Shown one piece after another: positions 1 to 9,743 of a stretch of 32,000 nucleotides of DNA. Origin of the DNA: Cupriavidus necator (GTDB lineage: Bacteria; Pseudomonadota; Gammaproteobacteria; Burkholderiales; Burkholderiaceae); NCBI RefSeq assembly GCF_016127575.1, contig NZ_CP066018.1, positions 2,250,001 through 2,282,000 of the forward strand, given 5' to 3'. The position numbers and the translations under genes were made by a program. Below the pieces are notes generated by a model. The model saw nothing but the letters and a program-made list of their open reading frames with translations, did no database searches and was not told where the DNA came from. Each line of letters opens with the position of its first letter. The stretch's first letter is position 1.

Positions 1-162
<162 letters not shown>

Positions 163-240
163 ACCAGCGCGGCGCGGGGTGAACAGGGAGGGGCCGCGAT
201 GGCCCCTCTTTTTACGTCTTTCGTACAGAAACCCAAGGAG

Positions 241-558
241 ATGGAAGTGAGCCAGTTCGACAACGTGTCGGTCGTCAAGAAAGCCAACCTGTACTTTGAC
301 GGCAAGTGCGTCAGCCACACCGTGCTGTTCCCGGACGGCACCCGCAAGACGCTGGGCGTGATCTTCCCGGCCGCGCTGACCTTCAACACCGGCGCGCCCG
401 AGATCATGGAAATCAACGCCGGCACCTGCCGCGTGCGCCTGGCCGGTTCGGAAGACTGGCAGACCTATGGCGCGGGCCAGCAGTTCAGCGTGCCGGGCAA
501 CAGCAGCTTCGATATCGAGGTGCAGGAAACGCTGGACTACGTCTGCCACTTCGCGTGA
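241..558 (+). CDS. ppnP: Pyrimidine/purine nucleoside phosphorylase PpnP (YaiE/DUF1255 cupin)
   Basis: ORF 199..558. Start trimmed to ATG 241 (MEVSQFDNV...), preceded by AAGGAG at 234-239. The ~105 aa length and the ...YFDGKCVSH...GxxEIMEI..G.....L.GS.DWQ.Y..G..F.VP..S.F pattern match the YaiE family. Confidence 0.8.
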   Translation: MEVSQFDNVSVVKKANLYFDGKCVSHTVLFPDGTRKTLGVIFPAALTFNTGAPEIMEINAGTCRVRLAGSEDWQTYGAGQQFSVPGNSSFDIEVQETLDYVCHFA

Positions 559-591
559 CCGGCGCGGCGGGCCGGTCCTGGCCCACCTGCT

Positions 592-1602
592 TTACAGCAC
601 TACCGGCTCCGGTTCGATGCGCACGCCAAAGCGCGCCTGCACCGCATCGGCGATGCGGTTGGCCAGTGCCAGCAGCATCGCGCCGGTGCCGCCGCCGTGG
701 TGCACCAGCACCAGCGCCTGCTTGCCGTAGACGCCCACCGGGCCATCGGTCATGCCCTTGAAGCCGCAGCGGTCGATCAGCCAGCCGGCTGCCAGCTTGT
801 ACGAGCCGTCCGGCTGCGCATAACTGACCAGGTCCGGGTTGGCCTGCAGCAGCGCGTCGCGCTGCGCCGCGCTGACCAGCGGATTCTTGAAGAAGCTGCC
901 CGCATTGCCCAGCTGTGCCGGGTCGGGCAGCTTGCGCGAACGGATCGCGACCACGGCGTCGCGAATCGTGGCCGCATCGGGCGCAGCCCGGCCATCGAGT
1001 TCGCGCGCCAGCTCTCCGTACGACAGCACCGGTTGCCACGCCTTGGGCAGGCTCAGCGTCACCGCCGTGATGATGTAGCGGCCGGCGCCGGCGTGCTTGA
1101 ACAGGCTGTCGCGGTAGCCGAAGCCGCAGGCCCGCAGGTCCAGCCACACGAATGCGCCGGTGTGGCGGTCATAGGCGCGCACGCCTTCGAAGCGCTCGCG
1201 CAGCTCCACCCCGTAGGCGCCGATATTCTGGATCGGCGCCGCGCCCGCGGTGCCGGGGATCAGCGCCAGGTTTTCCAGGCCGGGCATGCCGTCGGCGATG
1301 GTGCGGTTGACCAGCGCGTTCCAGTTCTCGCCGGCGCCGGCGGTGACCAGCCAGGCATCGCCAGTCTCCTCCGGCTGGTAGCCGGGGATTTCCATCAGCA
1401 GCACCAGCGCGTCCAGGTCGCCGGTCAGTACCACATTGCTGCCGCCGCCCAGGACCAGCAGGGGCAGGCCGTCGGCACGCGGGTCGGCCAGGGCCGCGGT
1501 CAGGTCGGCTTCGCTGCGCACATGCACCGCAAAGCGCGCGCGCGCGTCGAATCCGAATGTATTGTGGCGACGCAGGGGATAGAATTCGTGGAAATCTGCC
1601 AT
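592..1602 (-). CDS. murB: UDP-N-acetylenolpyruvoylglucosamine reductase
   Basis: ORF 592..1728(-), trimmed to ATG at 1602 ([20 protein letters not shown]...). FAD-binding [10 protein letters not shown] and C-terminal GSFFKNP / AAGWLID motifs are typical of MurB. Confidence 0.9.
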   Translation of the reverse strand: MADFHEFYPLRRHNTFGFDARARFAVHVRSEADLTAALADPRADGLPLLVLGGGSNVVLTGDLDALVLLMEIPGYQPEETGDAWLVTAGAGENWNALVNRTIADGMPGLENLALIPGTAGAAPIQNIGAYGVELRERFEGVRAYDRHTGAFVWLDLRACGFGYRDSLFKHAGAGRYIITAVTLSLPKAWQPVLSYGELARELDGRAAPDAATIRDAVVAIRSRKLPDPAQLGNAGSFFKNPLVSAAQRDALLQANPDLVSYAQPDGSYKLAAGWLIDRCGFKGMTDGPVGVYGKQALVLVHHGGGTGAMLLALANRIADAVQARFGVRIEPEPVVL

Positions 1603-1727
1603 GCAAGGGAAAGGTGACGCGGCCGCCGCTGGAGGGCAAGCGACCCGGAACTGCGAGGTAGGCTGGATTATACGGAAGGCGCCGTGCGCGGCCGGCTTCC
1701 GGGCATACGGATCACAAGGAGAATGCA

Positions 1728-2213
1728 ATGCCGTCGTTTGATGTAGTGTGCGAAGCGAACATGGTTGAGGTGAAGAACGCCGTCGAGCAGGCCAACAAGG
1801 AAATCTCGACGCGCTTCGATTTCAAGGGCTCGGACGCCCGGGTCGAGCACAAGGAAAATGAACTGACTGCCTTTGCCGACGATGATTTCAAGCTGAGCCA
1901 GGTCAAGGATGTGCTGATCAACAAGATGGCCAAGCGCAACGTTGACGTGCGCTTCCTGGACTACGGCAAGATCGACAAGATCAGCGGTGACAAGGTCAAG
2001 CAGGTGATCTCGATCAAGAAGGGCGTGACCGGCGACCTGTCCAAGAAGATCGTGCGCATCATCAAGGACAGCAAGATCAAGGTGCAGGCCAGCATCCAGG
2101 GCGATGCGGTGCGCGTGTCGGGCGCCAAGCGCGACGACCTGCAAAGCGTGATGGCGATGCTGCGCAAGGACGTGTCCGAGGCGCCGCTGGACTTCAACAA
2201 CTTCCGCGACTGA
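1728..2213 (+). CDS. yajQ: YajQ-family (UPF0234) nucleotide/cyclic-di-GMP-binding protein
   Basis: [35 protein letters not shown]... is the canonical YajQ N-terminus; 161 aa. AAGGAG lies 6 nt upstream of the ATG. Confidence 0.9.
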   Translation: MPSFDVVCEANMVEVKNAVEQANKEISTRFDFKGSDARVEHKENELTAFADDDFKLSQVKDVLINKMAKRNVDVRFLDYGKIDKISGDKVKQVISIKKGVTGDLSKKIVRIIKDSKIKVQASIQGDAVRVSGAKRDDLQSVMAMLRKDVSEAPLDFNNFRD

Positions 2214-2265
2214 TTCCTGCCTCCCGCGCCGGTGCTCCTGCCGGCGCCGCCTGGCGCTGCCGCAC

Positions 2266-2724
2266 TCAGCGAGGCTGCGGCAGTCCGCCGATTTTCGCGC
2301 CGGCCTTGATGCCTTTCTGCGCGAACCATCCCCTGTTCATTTCCAGCGCATAGCGGATCGCCGCCTTCGGGCAATGATTGCTCTCCGTGCGCGGCGCCAT
2401 GTCCTCGATATTGACGATGGTGCCGTCATCGGCCAGGAAGGCGATCGACAGCGGCAGCTCGGTGTTGCGCATCCAGAAGCAGTGGCCCGCCTTCTGCTCG
2501 AACACGAACAGCATGCCGGCGTTGGGGGCCATGGTCGTGCGGTACATCAGCCCCTGCTCGCGTGCCGCCGGCGTGGCGGCAACCTCGGCCTGGATTGCAA
2601 ACATGCCTGCGGTGAGCGGCACCACCGGCAGCGCGGCCTGCGCGTGCGCGATCCCGGCGCTCAGCGCGAGCAGGCCGGCAATCGAGGAGCATCGTGACAA
2701 CAGCGTGTTGGACAGGAAGGACAT
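2266..2724 (-). CDS. DUF192-domain protein with N-terminal signal peptide
   Basis: ORF 2266..2775(-), trimmed to MSFLSNTLLSRCSSIAGLLALSAGIAHA (signal-like). The core GMLFVF....HCFWMRNTELPLSIAFLADDGTIVNI is the DUF192 (COG1430) pattern. Confidence 0.75.
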   Translation of the reverse strand: MSFLSNTLLSRCSSIAGLLALSAGIAHAQAALPVVPLTAGMFAIQAEVAATPAAREQGLMYRTTMAPNAGMLFVFEQKAGHCFWMRNTELPLSIAFLADDGTIVNIEDMAPRTESNHCPKAAIRYALEMNRGWFAQKGIKAGAKIGGLPQPR

Positions 2725-2833
2725 GGTGTTCAGTCTGAAATGGCGCGGGCAGCGGCAGCCGCAAGCATAGCGCACGCGCAGTGTACCGATGTGCGGCGGG
2801 CCGTACGTCGCGCATCACGAGCTGTCGCGGCAA

Positions 2834-2867
2834 CAAAAAAGGCAGGCGCCTGGCGGCAGCCTGCCTT
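2834..2867 (-). terminator. Rho-independent terminator downstream of the 67-aa gene
   Basis: AAGGCAGGC (2839-2847) pairs with GCCTGCCTT (2859-2867), a 9-bp stem with 11-nt loop. The plus-strand A6 run (2835-2840) reads as a U-tract on the minus strand. A second hairpin TTCCTGCC/GGCAGGAA (2872-2901) sits between it and the stop codon. Confidence 0.75.
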
Positions 2868-2913
2868 CTCTTTCCTGCCTCGCGAGCGCACGGGGCAGGA
2901 AGGGCGCCAGCGA

Positions 2914-3117
2914 TTACTGGGCAGCCGGGGCCGAAGCGGCGGGGGCAGCCTTCTTCTTGCTGTGCTTCTTGCTGGTGGTCTTCTTCTTGGTCGTGGTCTT
3001 CGGGGCTTCCTTGGTGGCCGCGGGCGCTGCAGCGTCGGCGGCAGCAGGTGCCGAAGCCTGGGCGAAGGCGCCGGTGGCGAACAGGCCAACAACCAGAGCA
3101 GCGATCAGTTTTTTCAT
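2914..3117 (-). CDS. Small secreted Lys/Ala/Pro/Thr-rich low-complexity protein (67 aa), function unknown
   Basis: MKKLIAALVVGLFATGAFA|QASAPAAADAAAPAATKEAPKTTTKKKTTSKKHSKKKAAPAASAPAAQ has a classic Sec signal with AFA-Q cleavage context. GAGG RBS lies about 8 nt upstream of the ATG. A rho-independent terminator follows directly downstream (2834-2867). Confidence 0.55.
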   Translation of the reverse strand: MKKLIAALVVGLFATGAFAQASAPAAADAAAPAATKEAPKTTTKKKTTSKKHSKKKAAPAASAPAAQ

Positions 3118-3222
3118 GACGTATTACCTCGAAGGATGAGAACAGTCGGAAAGTTTGACGCGTGATAGGACGTGTCCCCGACAAGAACGAGGCCGCTGCC
3201 GCCAGCGTTGACCCGCGACTTG

Positions 3223-3885
3223 TTAGTTTTTGTAACGAGAACGCCGCTTGGTGTCGTTCGCCTGTCTGGTCTTCGAGACATGGGATCGAGGTGCCGGCTC
3301 CTGGCGCATGCGCGGTGCTGCCGGTGCCAGTCCCAGTTGCGCCGGCAACACCTCGCAGCAGGCCCCGGGCGCGAGGCCGAGCGCGCGCAGGTCGAGCGGG
3401 CCGATCCCGACGCGCACCAGCCGCAATGTGGGAAAGCCGACCGCGGCGGTCATGCGGCGCACCTGCCGGTTCTTGCCCTCGCGGATCTTCAGCTCCAGCC
3501 ACGCGGTCGGGATCGCCGCGCGAAAGCGCACCGGCGGCTGGCGCGGCCACAGCCAGTCGGGCGCGTCGATGGCGCGTACCCTGGCGGGCTGGGTCACGAA
3601 GTCGCCGAGGTCTACCCCGGCGCGCAGCCGGGCCAGCGCGGCGGCATCGGGAATGCCTTCGACCTGGGCCAGGTAAGTCTTCTCCAGCTTGTGGCGCGGG
3701 TCGGCGATGCGCGCCTGCAGCGCGCCGTCGTCGGTCAGCAGCAGCAGGCCCTCGCTGTCGGCATCGAGCCGCCCGGCCGGGTAGACGCCGGGCACGCTCA
3801 CGCACGCGGCCAGCGTCGGGCGCGTCGGGTGTTCCGAGAACTGGCTCATGGTGCCAAACGGCTTGTTCAGGGCAATCAGGGTCAT
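3223..3885 (-). CDS. rluE: 23S rRNA pseudouridine synthase, RsuA/RluE family
   Basis: ORF 3223..3894(-), trimmed to MTLIALNKPFG. The catalytic GRLDADSEGLLLLTDDG motif, ...KTYLAQVEG..., REGKNRQVRRMTAAVGFPTLRLVR and the ~220 aa length match RluE. Confidence 0.85.
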   Translation of the reverse strand: MTLIALNKPFGTMSQFSEHPTRPTLAACVSVPGVYPAGRLDADSEGLLLLTDDGALQARIADPRHKLEKTYLAQVEGIPDAAALARLRAGVDLGDFVTQPARVRAIDAPDWLWPRQPPVRFRAAIPTAWLELKIREGKNRQVRRMTAAVGFPTLRLVRVGIGPLDLRALGLAPGACCEVLPAQLGLAPAAPRMRQEPAPRSHVSKTRQANDTKRRSRYKN

Positions 3886-3996
3886 GGGGCGCAAGTATGC
3901 CGCAGCGGCGCGCCGGGCCGGGAAATCGGCGGATCTGGGGTCCGGCCCGATTGGCGGATGATGAAAAATTGCTGCATAATACGAAATTAGTCTTGT

Positions 3997-4010
3997 GTCT
4001 TATATAAGAC
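3997..4010. promoter_or_regulatory. Perfect 14-bp palindrome, candidate operator in the rluE/icd divergent region
   Basis: GTCTTATATAAGAC is self-complementary and embedded in the only AT-rich patch (about 3960-4012) of the 273-bp intergenic region. Confidence 0.4.
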
Positions 4011-4158
4011 TGAAGGCAGCCCAGGATGGCGCCAGGGTGATGCAATGCAGCACGGGCGCGCAGCAAGGCCCGCTACAATGCCACAGCGCCATCTCCCCGA
4101 ATCTCGCCGACCGGCCATGAACCGGCGGCAGTCACAACCGTTCCGTACTGGAGACGTC

Positions 4159-5409
4159 ATGTACCAACATATCAAGGTTCCGGCCGGCGAAAAGATCACG
4201 GTCAACCAGGACTTTTCGCTGAATGTCCCGGACAATCCGATCATTCCTTACATCGAAGGCGACGGTACGGGCCTCGATATCACCCCGGTGATGATCAAGG
4301 TGGTCGACGCGGCTGTGGCCAAGGCCTATGGCGGCAAGCGCAAGATCGCCTGGATGGAGATCTACGCCGGCGAGAAGTCCACCAAGGTCTACGGCCCGGA
4401 CGTGTGGCTGCCGGACGAAACCCTGGAGGTGCTCAAGGATTACGTGGTCTCGATCAAGGGTCCGCTGACCACGCCGGTGGGCGGCGGCATCCGCTCGCTG
4501 AACGTGGCACTGCGCCAGCAGCTGGACCTGTACGTCTGCCTGCGCCCGGTGCGCTACTTCAAGGGCGTGCCCTCGCCGGTGCGTGAGCCGGAAAAGACCG
4601 ACATGGTGATCTTCCGCGAGAACTCGGAAGACATCTACGCCGGCATCGAATGGGCGGCGGAAAGCGAGCAGGCGAAGAAGCTCATCAAGTTCCTGCAGGA
4701 CGAGATGGGCGTGAAGAAGATCCGCTTCCCGGCGACCTCGGGCATCGGCATCAAACCGGTCTCGCGCGAGGGCACCGAGCGTCTGGTGCGCAAGGCGATC
4801 CAGTACGCCATCGACAACGACAAGCCGTCGGTGACGCTGGTGCACAAGGGCAACATCATGAAGTTCACCGAAGGTGGCTTCCGTGACTGGGGCTACGAGC
4901 TGGCGCAAAAGGAATTCGGCGCCGAGCTGGTCGACGGCGGCCCGTGGTGCAAGTTCAAGAACCCGAAGACCGGCAAGGACATCGTGATCAAGGACGCCAT
5001 TGCCGACGCCTTCCTGCAGCAGATCCTGCTGCGTCCGGCCGAATACTCGGTGATCGCCACGCTGAACCTGAACGGCGACTATGTCTCCGACGCGCTGGCC
5101 GCACAGGTCGGCGGCATCGGCATCGCCCCGGGCGCCAATATGTCTGACTCGGTTGCCATGTTCGAGGCCACCCACGGCACCGCGCCGAAGTACGCCGGCA
5201 AGGACTACGTCAACCCGGGCTCGGAAATCCTGTCGGCCGAAATGATGCTGCGTCACATGGGCTGGACCGAAGCCGCGGACCTGATCATCTCGTCGATGGA
5301 GCAGTCGATCCTGTCCAAGAAGGTGACGTATGACTTCGCCCGCCTGCTGGAAGGCGCGACGCAGGTGTCGTGCTCGGGCTTTGGCCAGGTGATGATCGAC
5401 AATATGTAA
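4159..5409 (+). CDS. icd: NADP-dependent isocitrate dehydrogenase (homodimeric type)
   Basis: ORF 4045..5409, trimmed to [15 protein letters not shown]... with GGAGA 5 nt upstream. [27 protein letters not shown] matches the Icd phospho-serine loop region; 416 aa. Confidence 0.95.
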   Translation: MYQHIKVPAGEKITVNQDFSLNVPDNPIIPYIEGDGTGLDITPVMIKVVDAAVAKAYGGKRKIAWMEIYAGEKSTKVYGPDVWLPDETLEVLKDYVVSIKGPLTTPVGGGIRSLNVALRQQLDLYVCLRPVRYFKGVPSPVREPEKTDMVIFRENSEDIYAGIEWAAESEQAKKLIKFLQDEMGVKKIRFPATSGIGIKPVSREGTERLVRKAIQYAIDNDKPSVTLVHKGNIMKFTEGGFRDWGYELAQKEFGAELVDGGPWCKFKNPKTGKDIVIKDAIADAFLQQILLRPAEYSVIATLNLNGDYVSDALAAQVGGIGIAPGANMSDSVAMFEATHGTAPKYAGKDYVNPGSEILSAEMMLRHMGWTEAADLIISSMEQSILSKKVTYDFARLLEGATQVSCSGFGQVMIDNM

Positions 5410-5449
5410 GCACGGACTCCCGCTGCGGCGGGCGACCTGCCAAGGAAAA

Positions 5450-5483
5450 CCCCGGTGCCGTCTGGTCGGCGCCGGGGTTTTTT
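5450..5483 (+). terminator. Rho-independent terminator after icd
   Basis: CCCCGGTGCC (5450-5459) pairs with GGCGCCGGGG (5468-5477), 10 bp including one G-U, followed by TTTTTT (5478-5483). Confidence 0.85.
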
Positions 5484-5557
5484 CTTGCCCCGGGCGCCAC
5501 TGTTGCCTAGAACGTCAGGGGTTGGACTGACGGGCCTGGCGGCCCGAGGAGACAGGC

Positions 5558-6019
5558 ATGGACGATCCCTTCCGCCGCACCGCGTTCGGTGCGGCCCTCT
5601 TCTACAAGGACCCGCTGGCGGCCCTGGACTGGCTGGAGCGCGCCTTCGGCTTTGAGCGGGTCATGGTGATCCGCGACCAGCAGGACCAGCTGGTGCATTC
5701 TGAAATGCGTTTCGGCGACAGCTACCTGATGGTGGGCAGCGAGTGGGCGGACTTTACCGCCAGCCCGGCCTCGATCGGGGGCAAGAATACCCAGACCCTG
5801 CACGTGCACCTGCGGGAAGGGCTGGACCAGCATTGCGAGCGCGCCCGCGCCGCCGGCGCCGTGATCCTGCGCGAGCCGCAGGACGAGTTCTACGGCGACC
5901 GGACCTACACGGCCCGGGACGCGGAGGGCCATGTCTGGACCTTCGGCCAGACTGTGCGCAAGGTCACCAGGGAAGAAGCCGAGCAGGCCAGCGGGCTCAA
6001 GATCGACGGCTGGGCCTGA
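5558..6019 (+). CDS. VOC-family (glyoxalase/bleomycin-resistance fold, PhnB-like) protein
   Basis: 153 aa. ...ALDWLERAFGFE...H.EM.FGDS.LMV...........L.VHL...D.H.ERARAAGA.IL.EP.D.FYGDR.Y.A.D.EGH.W.F is the typical single-domain VOC pattern. Confidence 0.75.
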   Translation: MDDPFRRTAFGAALFYKDPLAALDWLERAFGFERVMVIRDQQDQLVHSEMRFGDSYLMVGSEWADFTASPASIGGKNTQTLHVHLREGLDQHCERARAAGAVILREPQDEFYGDRTYTARDAEGHVWTFGQTVRKVTREEAEQASGLKIDGWA

Positions 6020-6043
6020 TGGCCCGACCCCGGGGCACAAGCA

Positions 6044-6070
6044 GAAAGCCCGGCGCGAGGCCGGGCTTTC
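6044..6070. terminator. Hairpin between the convergent VOC gene and the csp gene (probable terminator)
   Basis: GAAAGCCCGGC-gcgag-GCCGGGCTTTC is a perfect 11-bp stem. Only a 3-nt A/T tract flanks each side. Confidence 0.55.
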
Positions 6071-6229
6071 GGTCGGATGTGGTGCGTGCAGCTGATCCGC
6101 GCCGGCACCCGCCGCACCGCCGTGGCGGCAACGCGGGGCGCTGGCATCGATCCCGTCCCGGGGGAGCTCCCCCCACACCCTGGTTGACCGCTCCGCGGCT
6201 CTGCGGCCGGGATGCGGTCGCGGCGCGCT

Positions 6230-6436
6230 TTAGCTGGCGTCCTGGATATTGGTGGCTTGCTTGCCCTTGGGGCCCTGGACCACCTCGAACGAGACGCGTT
6301 GACCTTCCTTCAGCGTCTTGAAGCCGGACATCTGGATAGCCGAAAAGTGCGCAAACAGTTCTTCTTCGCCCTCGTCCGGCTTGATGAACCCGAAGCCCTT
6401 GGCGTCATTGAACCATTTGACGATACCGCTTGCCAT
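6230..6436 (-). CDS. Cold-shock-domain protein (CspA family; occupies the cspD position next to clpS-clpA)
   Basis: ORF 6230..6448(-), trimmed to [38 protein letters not shown]1 (KGFGFI) and RNP2 (LFAHF) motifs are present; 68 aa. GGGGGAG RBS upstream. It is divergent from clpS, as cspD is in E. coli. Confidence 0.9.
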   Translation of the reverse strand: MASGIVKWFNDAKGFGFIKPDEGEEELFAHFSAIQMSGFKTLKEGQRVSFEVVQGPKGKQATNIQDAS

Positions 6437-6915
6437 ATACTCCCCCACGAAATAGCAGATTTCAAAGCGGGGAAGCCTTGCCGGCCAGACGGCACGGACT
6501 GCGGCGCCATGACCTGCCGCGTCCTGAGGCGCGGCCGGCGATGACGCGCGGCGAGGTGCAATCGCGTGGCGGACAGTCTCGATGCTGACTCGCCGCCGCG
6601 GCGGCCGTGGCCTCCCTGCTCACGGATCACCTGTCTCGGCTGTTGCTTTGGCTCGTTGGCCGTCGGCAGGTGTGCGAACGATTCTTCTGGCAAAGCAGGA
6701 TACTGTCAAGTTGGCGGATTCCCCACTGCCAGCAGGGTGTGGCGGGAATGGGACGGCACCTGGTGGTACCTTGGCGGCATGCGCCAGGGCTGCCGTGCTT
6801 GCTGTCCCGCCCGCGCCGGCCACGTGCCTTGCAATGCCTCCCGCGTGAAATCCCGCGTCCTTCCACCACCGGAAACAGGTGGCCCGGCTCTTGAATCCGG
6901 CGCCTTTTCCCCAAA

Positions 6916-6943
6916 TTGCAGAGTTGCGAGTAAGGGTTAGAAT
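6916..6943 (+). promoter_or_regulatory. Candidate sigma70 promoter abutting the clpS start codon
   Basis: TTGCAG (6916-6921), 16 nt, TAGAAT (6938-6943), then 6 nt to ATG 6950. There is no SD at -5 to -12. Confidence 0.45.
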
Positions 6944-6949
6944 AAAGCC

Positions 6950-7276
6950 ATGGCTACACGGCTTGCGAATGTCCCACAACGCGAAGCGGGCACCATCCTG
7001 GAGCGGAAAGAGCAGGCGCTTAAACCGCCCGCCATGTTCAAGGTGGTGCTGCTTAATGACGACTACACTCCGATGGAGTTTGTAGTGATGATCCTGCAGC
7101 AGTATTTCAGCAGGGACCGGGAAACGGCGACGCAGATCATGCTCACCGTGCACCGGGAAGGAAAGGGCGTCTGCGGTATCTACACCAGGGATATTGCAGC
7201 GACCAAGGTCGAGCTGGTGTCAACGCACGCGCGGCAGGCGGGGCATCCCCTGCAGTGCGTGATGGAGGAAGCATGA
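6950..7276 (+). CDS. clpS: ATP-dependent Clp protease adaptor ClpS
   Basis: 108 aa. [28 protein letters not shown]...AT.IML.VH..GKGVCG is the ClpS core. The stop overlaps the clpA start (ATGA at 7273-7276). Confidence 0.9.
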   Translation: MATRLANVPQREAGTILERKEQALKPPAMFKVVLLNDDYTPMEFVVMILQQYFSRDRETATQIMLTVHREGKGVCGIYTRDIAATKVELVSTHARQAGHPLQCVMEEA

Positions 7277-9567
7277 TTGCGCAAGAATTGGAAGTGAGCC
7301 TGCATATGGCGTTTGTCGAAGCCAGGCAGGCACGCCACGAGTTCATTACCGTGGAGCACCTGCTGCTGGCATTGCTCGACAATCCCACGGCAGCGGAAGT
7401 CTTGCGCGCCTGCGCGGCCAATATAGAAGACCTGCGCACCAGCCTTAAGAACTTCATCGCGGATAACACGCCGGTAGTGCCGGGTACCGACGAGGTCGAT
7501 ACCCAGCCCACGCTCGGTTTCCAGCGCGTGATCCAGCGCGCGATCATGCACGTCCAGTCCACTTCCAACGGCAAGAAGGAAGTGACGGGTGCCAACGTGC
7601 TGGTCGCGATTTTCGGCGAGAAGGATTCGCACGCGGTCTATTACCTGCAGCAGCAGGGCGTGACGCGGCTGGACGTGGTCAATTTCATCAGCCACGGCAT
7701 CCGCAAGGACCAGTCCGAGCCCGCCAAGCATGGCGATGCCGCCGGCGAAGGCGAGGGCGGCGACGGCAAGGAAAGCCCGCTCGAGCAATACACCCAGAAC
7801 CTGAACACGCTGGCCAAGGCCGGCAAGATCGACCCGCTGATCGGCCGCGAGAGCGAAGTCGAGCGCGTGGTCCAGGTGCTGTGCCGCCGGCGCAAGAACA
7901 ACCCGCTGCTGGTGGGCGAGGCCGGCGTCGGCAAGACCGCGATCGCCGAGGGCCTGGCGTGGCGCATCACCAAGAACGAGGTGCCGGACATCCTGGAAAA
8001 GGCGACCGTCTACTCGCTCGACATGGGCGCGCTGCTGGCCGGCACCAAGTACCGCGGCGACTTCGAGCAGCGCCTGAAGGGCGTGCTCAAGTCGCTCAAG
8101 GACAATCCGAACGCGATCCTGTTCATCGATGAGATCCACACGCTGATCGGCGCGGGCGCTGCCTCGGGCGGGACGCTGGACGCCAGCAACCTGCTCAAGC
8201 CGGCGCTGTCGTCGGGCCAGCTCAAGTGCATCGGCGCGACCACGTTCACGGAATATCGCGGCATCTTCGAGAAGGACGCGGCGCTGTCGCGGCGCTTCCA
8301 GAAGATCGACGTGGTCGAGCCTTCGGTCGACCAGACCGTGCAGATCCTGCGCGGCCTGAAGTCGCGCTTCGAGGAGCACCACGGCGTCAAGTACGCGGCC
8401 TCGGCGCTGACCGCGGCAGCGGAGCTGTCGGCCCGCTTCATCACCGACCGCCACCTGCCCGACAAGGCGATCGACGTGATCGACGAAGCCGGCGCGGCGC
8501 AGCGCATCCTGCCGAAGTCCAAGCAGAAGAAGACCATCGGCAAGGGCGAGATCGAGGACATCGTCTCGCGCATCGCACGCATCCCGCCGCAGAGCGTGAA
8601 CCAGGACGACCGCAGCAAGCTGCAGACGCTGGACCGCGACCTGAAGTCGGTGGTGTTCGGCCAGGACCCGGCGATCGAGGCACTGGCCTCGGCGATCAAG
8701 ATGTCGCGCGCCGGCCTGGGCAAGACCGACAAGCCGATCGGCTCGTTCCTGTTCTCCGGCCCCACCGGCGTGGGCAAGACCGAAGTCGCCAAGCAGCTCG
8801 CCTTCATCATGGGCATCGAGCTGCTGCGCTTCGACATGTCCGAGTACATGGAACGCCACGCGGTGAGCCGCCTGATCGGCGCGCCGCCGGGATACGTCGG
8901 CTTCGACCAGGGTGGCCTGCTGACCGAGGCCGTCACCAAGAAGCCGCACTGCGTGCTGCTGCTGGACGAAATCGAGAAGGCGCATCCGGATATCTTCAAT
9001 ATCCTGCTGCAGGTGATGGACCATGGTTCGCTGACCGACAACAACGGCCGGCGCGCCGACTTCCGCAACGTGATCATCATCATGACCACCAACGCGGGAG
9101 CGGAGACCATGAACCGCGCCACCATCGGCTTCACCAGCTCGCGCGAGCAGGGCGACGAGATGGCTGACATCAAGCGCATGTTCACGCCGGAGTTCCGCAA
9201 CCGGCTGGATGCCATGATCAGCTTCCGCTCGCTGGACGAGGAAATCATCCTGCGCGTGGTCGACAAGTTCCTGATGCAGCTGGAAGAGCAGCTGCACGAG
9301 AAGAAGGTGGAAGCCAGCTTTACCGAGAAGCTGCGCAAGTTCCTGGCGCACAAGGGGTTCGATCCGCTGATGGGCGCGCGCCCGATGCAGCGCCTGATCC
9401 AGGACATGATCCGCAAGGCCCTGGCCGACGAACTGCTGTTCGGCAGGCTGGTTTCGGGCGGCAAGGTGGTGGTGGACCTGGACGAGCAGGACCAGATCAA
9501 GCTCGATTTCTCCGAGATCGAGCCGGAACCGCCCGAGGCGCCCGAGGAACAGCGCGCAGAAGCCTGA
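7273..9567 (+). CDS. clpA: ATP-dependent Clp protease ATP-binding subunit ClpA
   Basis: ORF 7255..9567, trimmed to [14 protein letters not shown]... with GGAGGA upstream. Two AAA+ modules with Walker A GEAGVGKT and GPTGVGKT; 764 aa, no ClpB-type middle domain. Confidence 0.95.
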   Translation: MIAQELEVSLHMAFVEARQARHEFITVEHLLLALLDNPTAAEVLRACAANIEDLRTSLKNFIADNTPVVPGTDEVDTQPTLGFQRVIQRAIMHVQSTSNGKKEVTGANVLVAIFGEKDSHAVYYLQQQGVTRLDVVNFISHGIRKDQSEPAKHGDAAGEGEGGDGKESPLEQYTQNLNTLAKAGKIDPLIGRESEVERVVQVLCRRRKNNPLLVGEAGVGKTAIAEGLAWRITKNEVPDILEKATVYSLDMGALLAGTKYRGDFEQRLKGVLKSLKDNPNAILFIDEIHTLIGAGAASGGTLDASNLLKPALSSGQLKCIGATTFTEYRGIFEKDAALSRRFQKIDVVEPSVDQTVQILRGLKSRFEEHHGVKYAASALTAAAELSARFITDRHLPDKAIDVIDEAGAAQRILPKSKQKKTIGKGEIEDIVSRIARIPPQSVNQDDRSKLQTLDRDLKSVVFGQDPAIEALASAIKMSRAGLGKTDKPIGSFLFSGPTGVGKTEVAKQLAFIMGIELLRFDMSEYMERHAVSRLIGAPPGYVGFDQGGLLTEAVTKKPHCVLLLDEIEKAHPDIFNILLQVMDHGSLTDNNGRRADFRNVIIIMTTNAGAETMNRATIGFTSSREQGDEMADIKRMFTPEFRNRLDAMISFRSLDEEIILRVVDKFLMQLEEQLHEKKVEASFTEKLRKFLAHKGFDPLMGARPMQRLIQDMIRKALADELLFGRLVSGGKVVVDLDEQDQIKLDFSEIEPEPPEAPEEQRAEA

Positions 9568-9618
9568 GCGGTTATCGGCCGCGTTGCCAGCAACGTGGCC
9601 GGTCATCGGGCAAAATAC

Positions 9619-9651
9619 GGGGGCGGCAGTCATGCCGCCCCTTTTCTTTTT
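9619..9651 (+). terminator. Rho-independent terminator after clpA
   Basis: GGGGGCGGCA (9619-9628), loop gtca, TGCCGCCCCC (9633-9641 region), followed by TTTTCTTTTT. Confidence 0.85.
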
Positions 9652-9743
9652 GTCCCGGCGGCCGCCGGCCATGCCCGTCGGGGCACGGGTTTGCGGCCGC
9701 AGCTGGCCGCGCAACCGGCCAGGAATCCAGCCTGAAAACCCTG

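Noticed and set aside
4045-4158. 38-codon in-frame extension upstream of icd. Similar upstream extensions occur for murB (to 1728), radC (to 31742), ribF (to 18429), nadC (27366), the m5C methyltransferase (21693) and DUF192 (2775).
   Set aside because: The extensions are Arg/Pro-rich and lack an RBS. They would overlap neighbouring genes or promoters. Internal starts coincide with conserved family N-termini, and mostly with SD motifs or ATGA coupling.
6160-6173. GGGGGAGCTCCCCC palindrome downstream of the csp gene, considered as its terminator.
   Set aside because: With a minimal loop the effective stem is only about 5 bp, and no U-tract follows on the csp strand. Kept only as a note.
7180-9714. 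844-aa ORF antisense to clpA. Similar very long antisense or off-frame ORFs: 14547..17216(+) opposite ileS, 28492..30312(+) opposite nadB, 9630..11564(-), 18240..19979(-), 21753..23519(-), 25008..26594(-), 26350..27708(-), 2426..4066(-).
   Set aside because: These are typical artefacts of a high-GC genome: GC3-rich coding strands leave few stop codons in alternative frames. The translations are Arg/Ala/Gly/Pro/His-rich low-complexity strings with no recognisable motifs. Each is fully overlapped by a gene with unambiguous family signatures.
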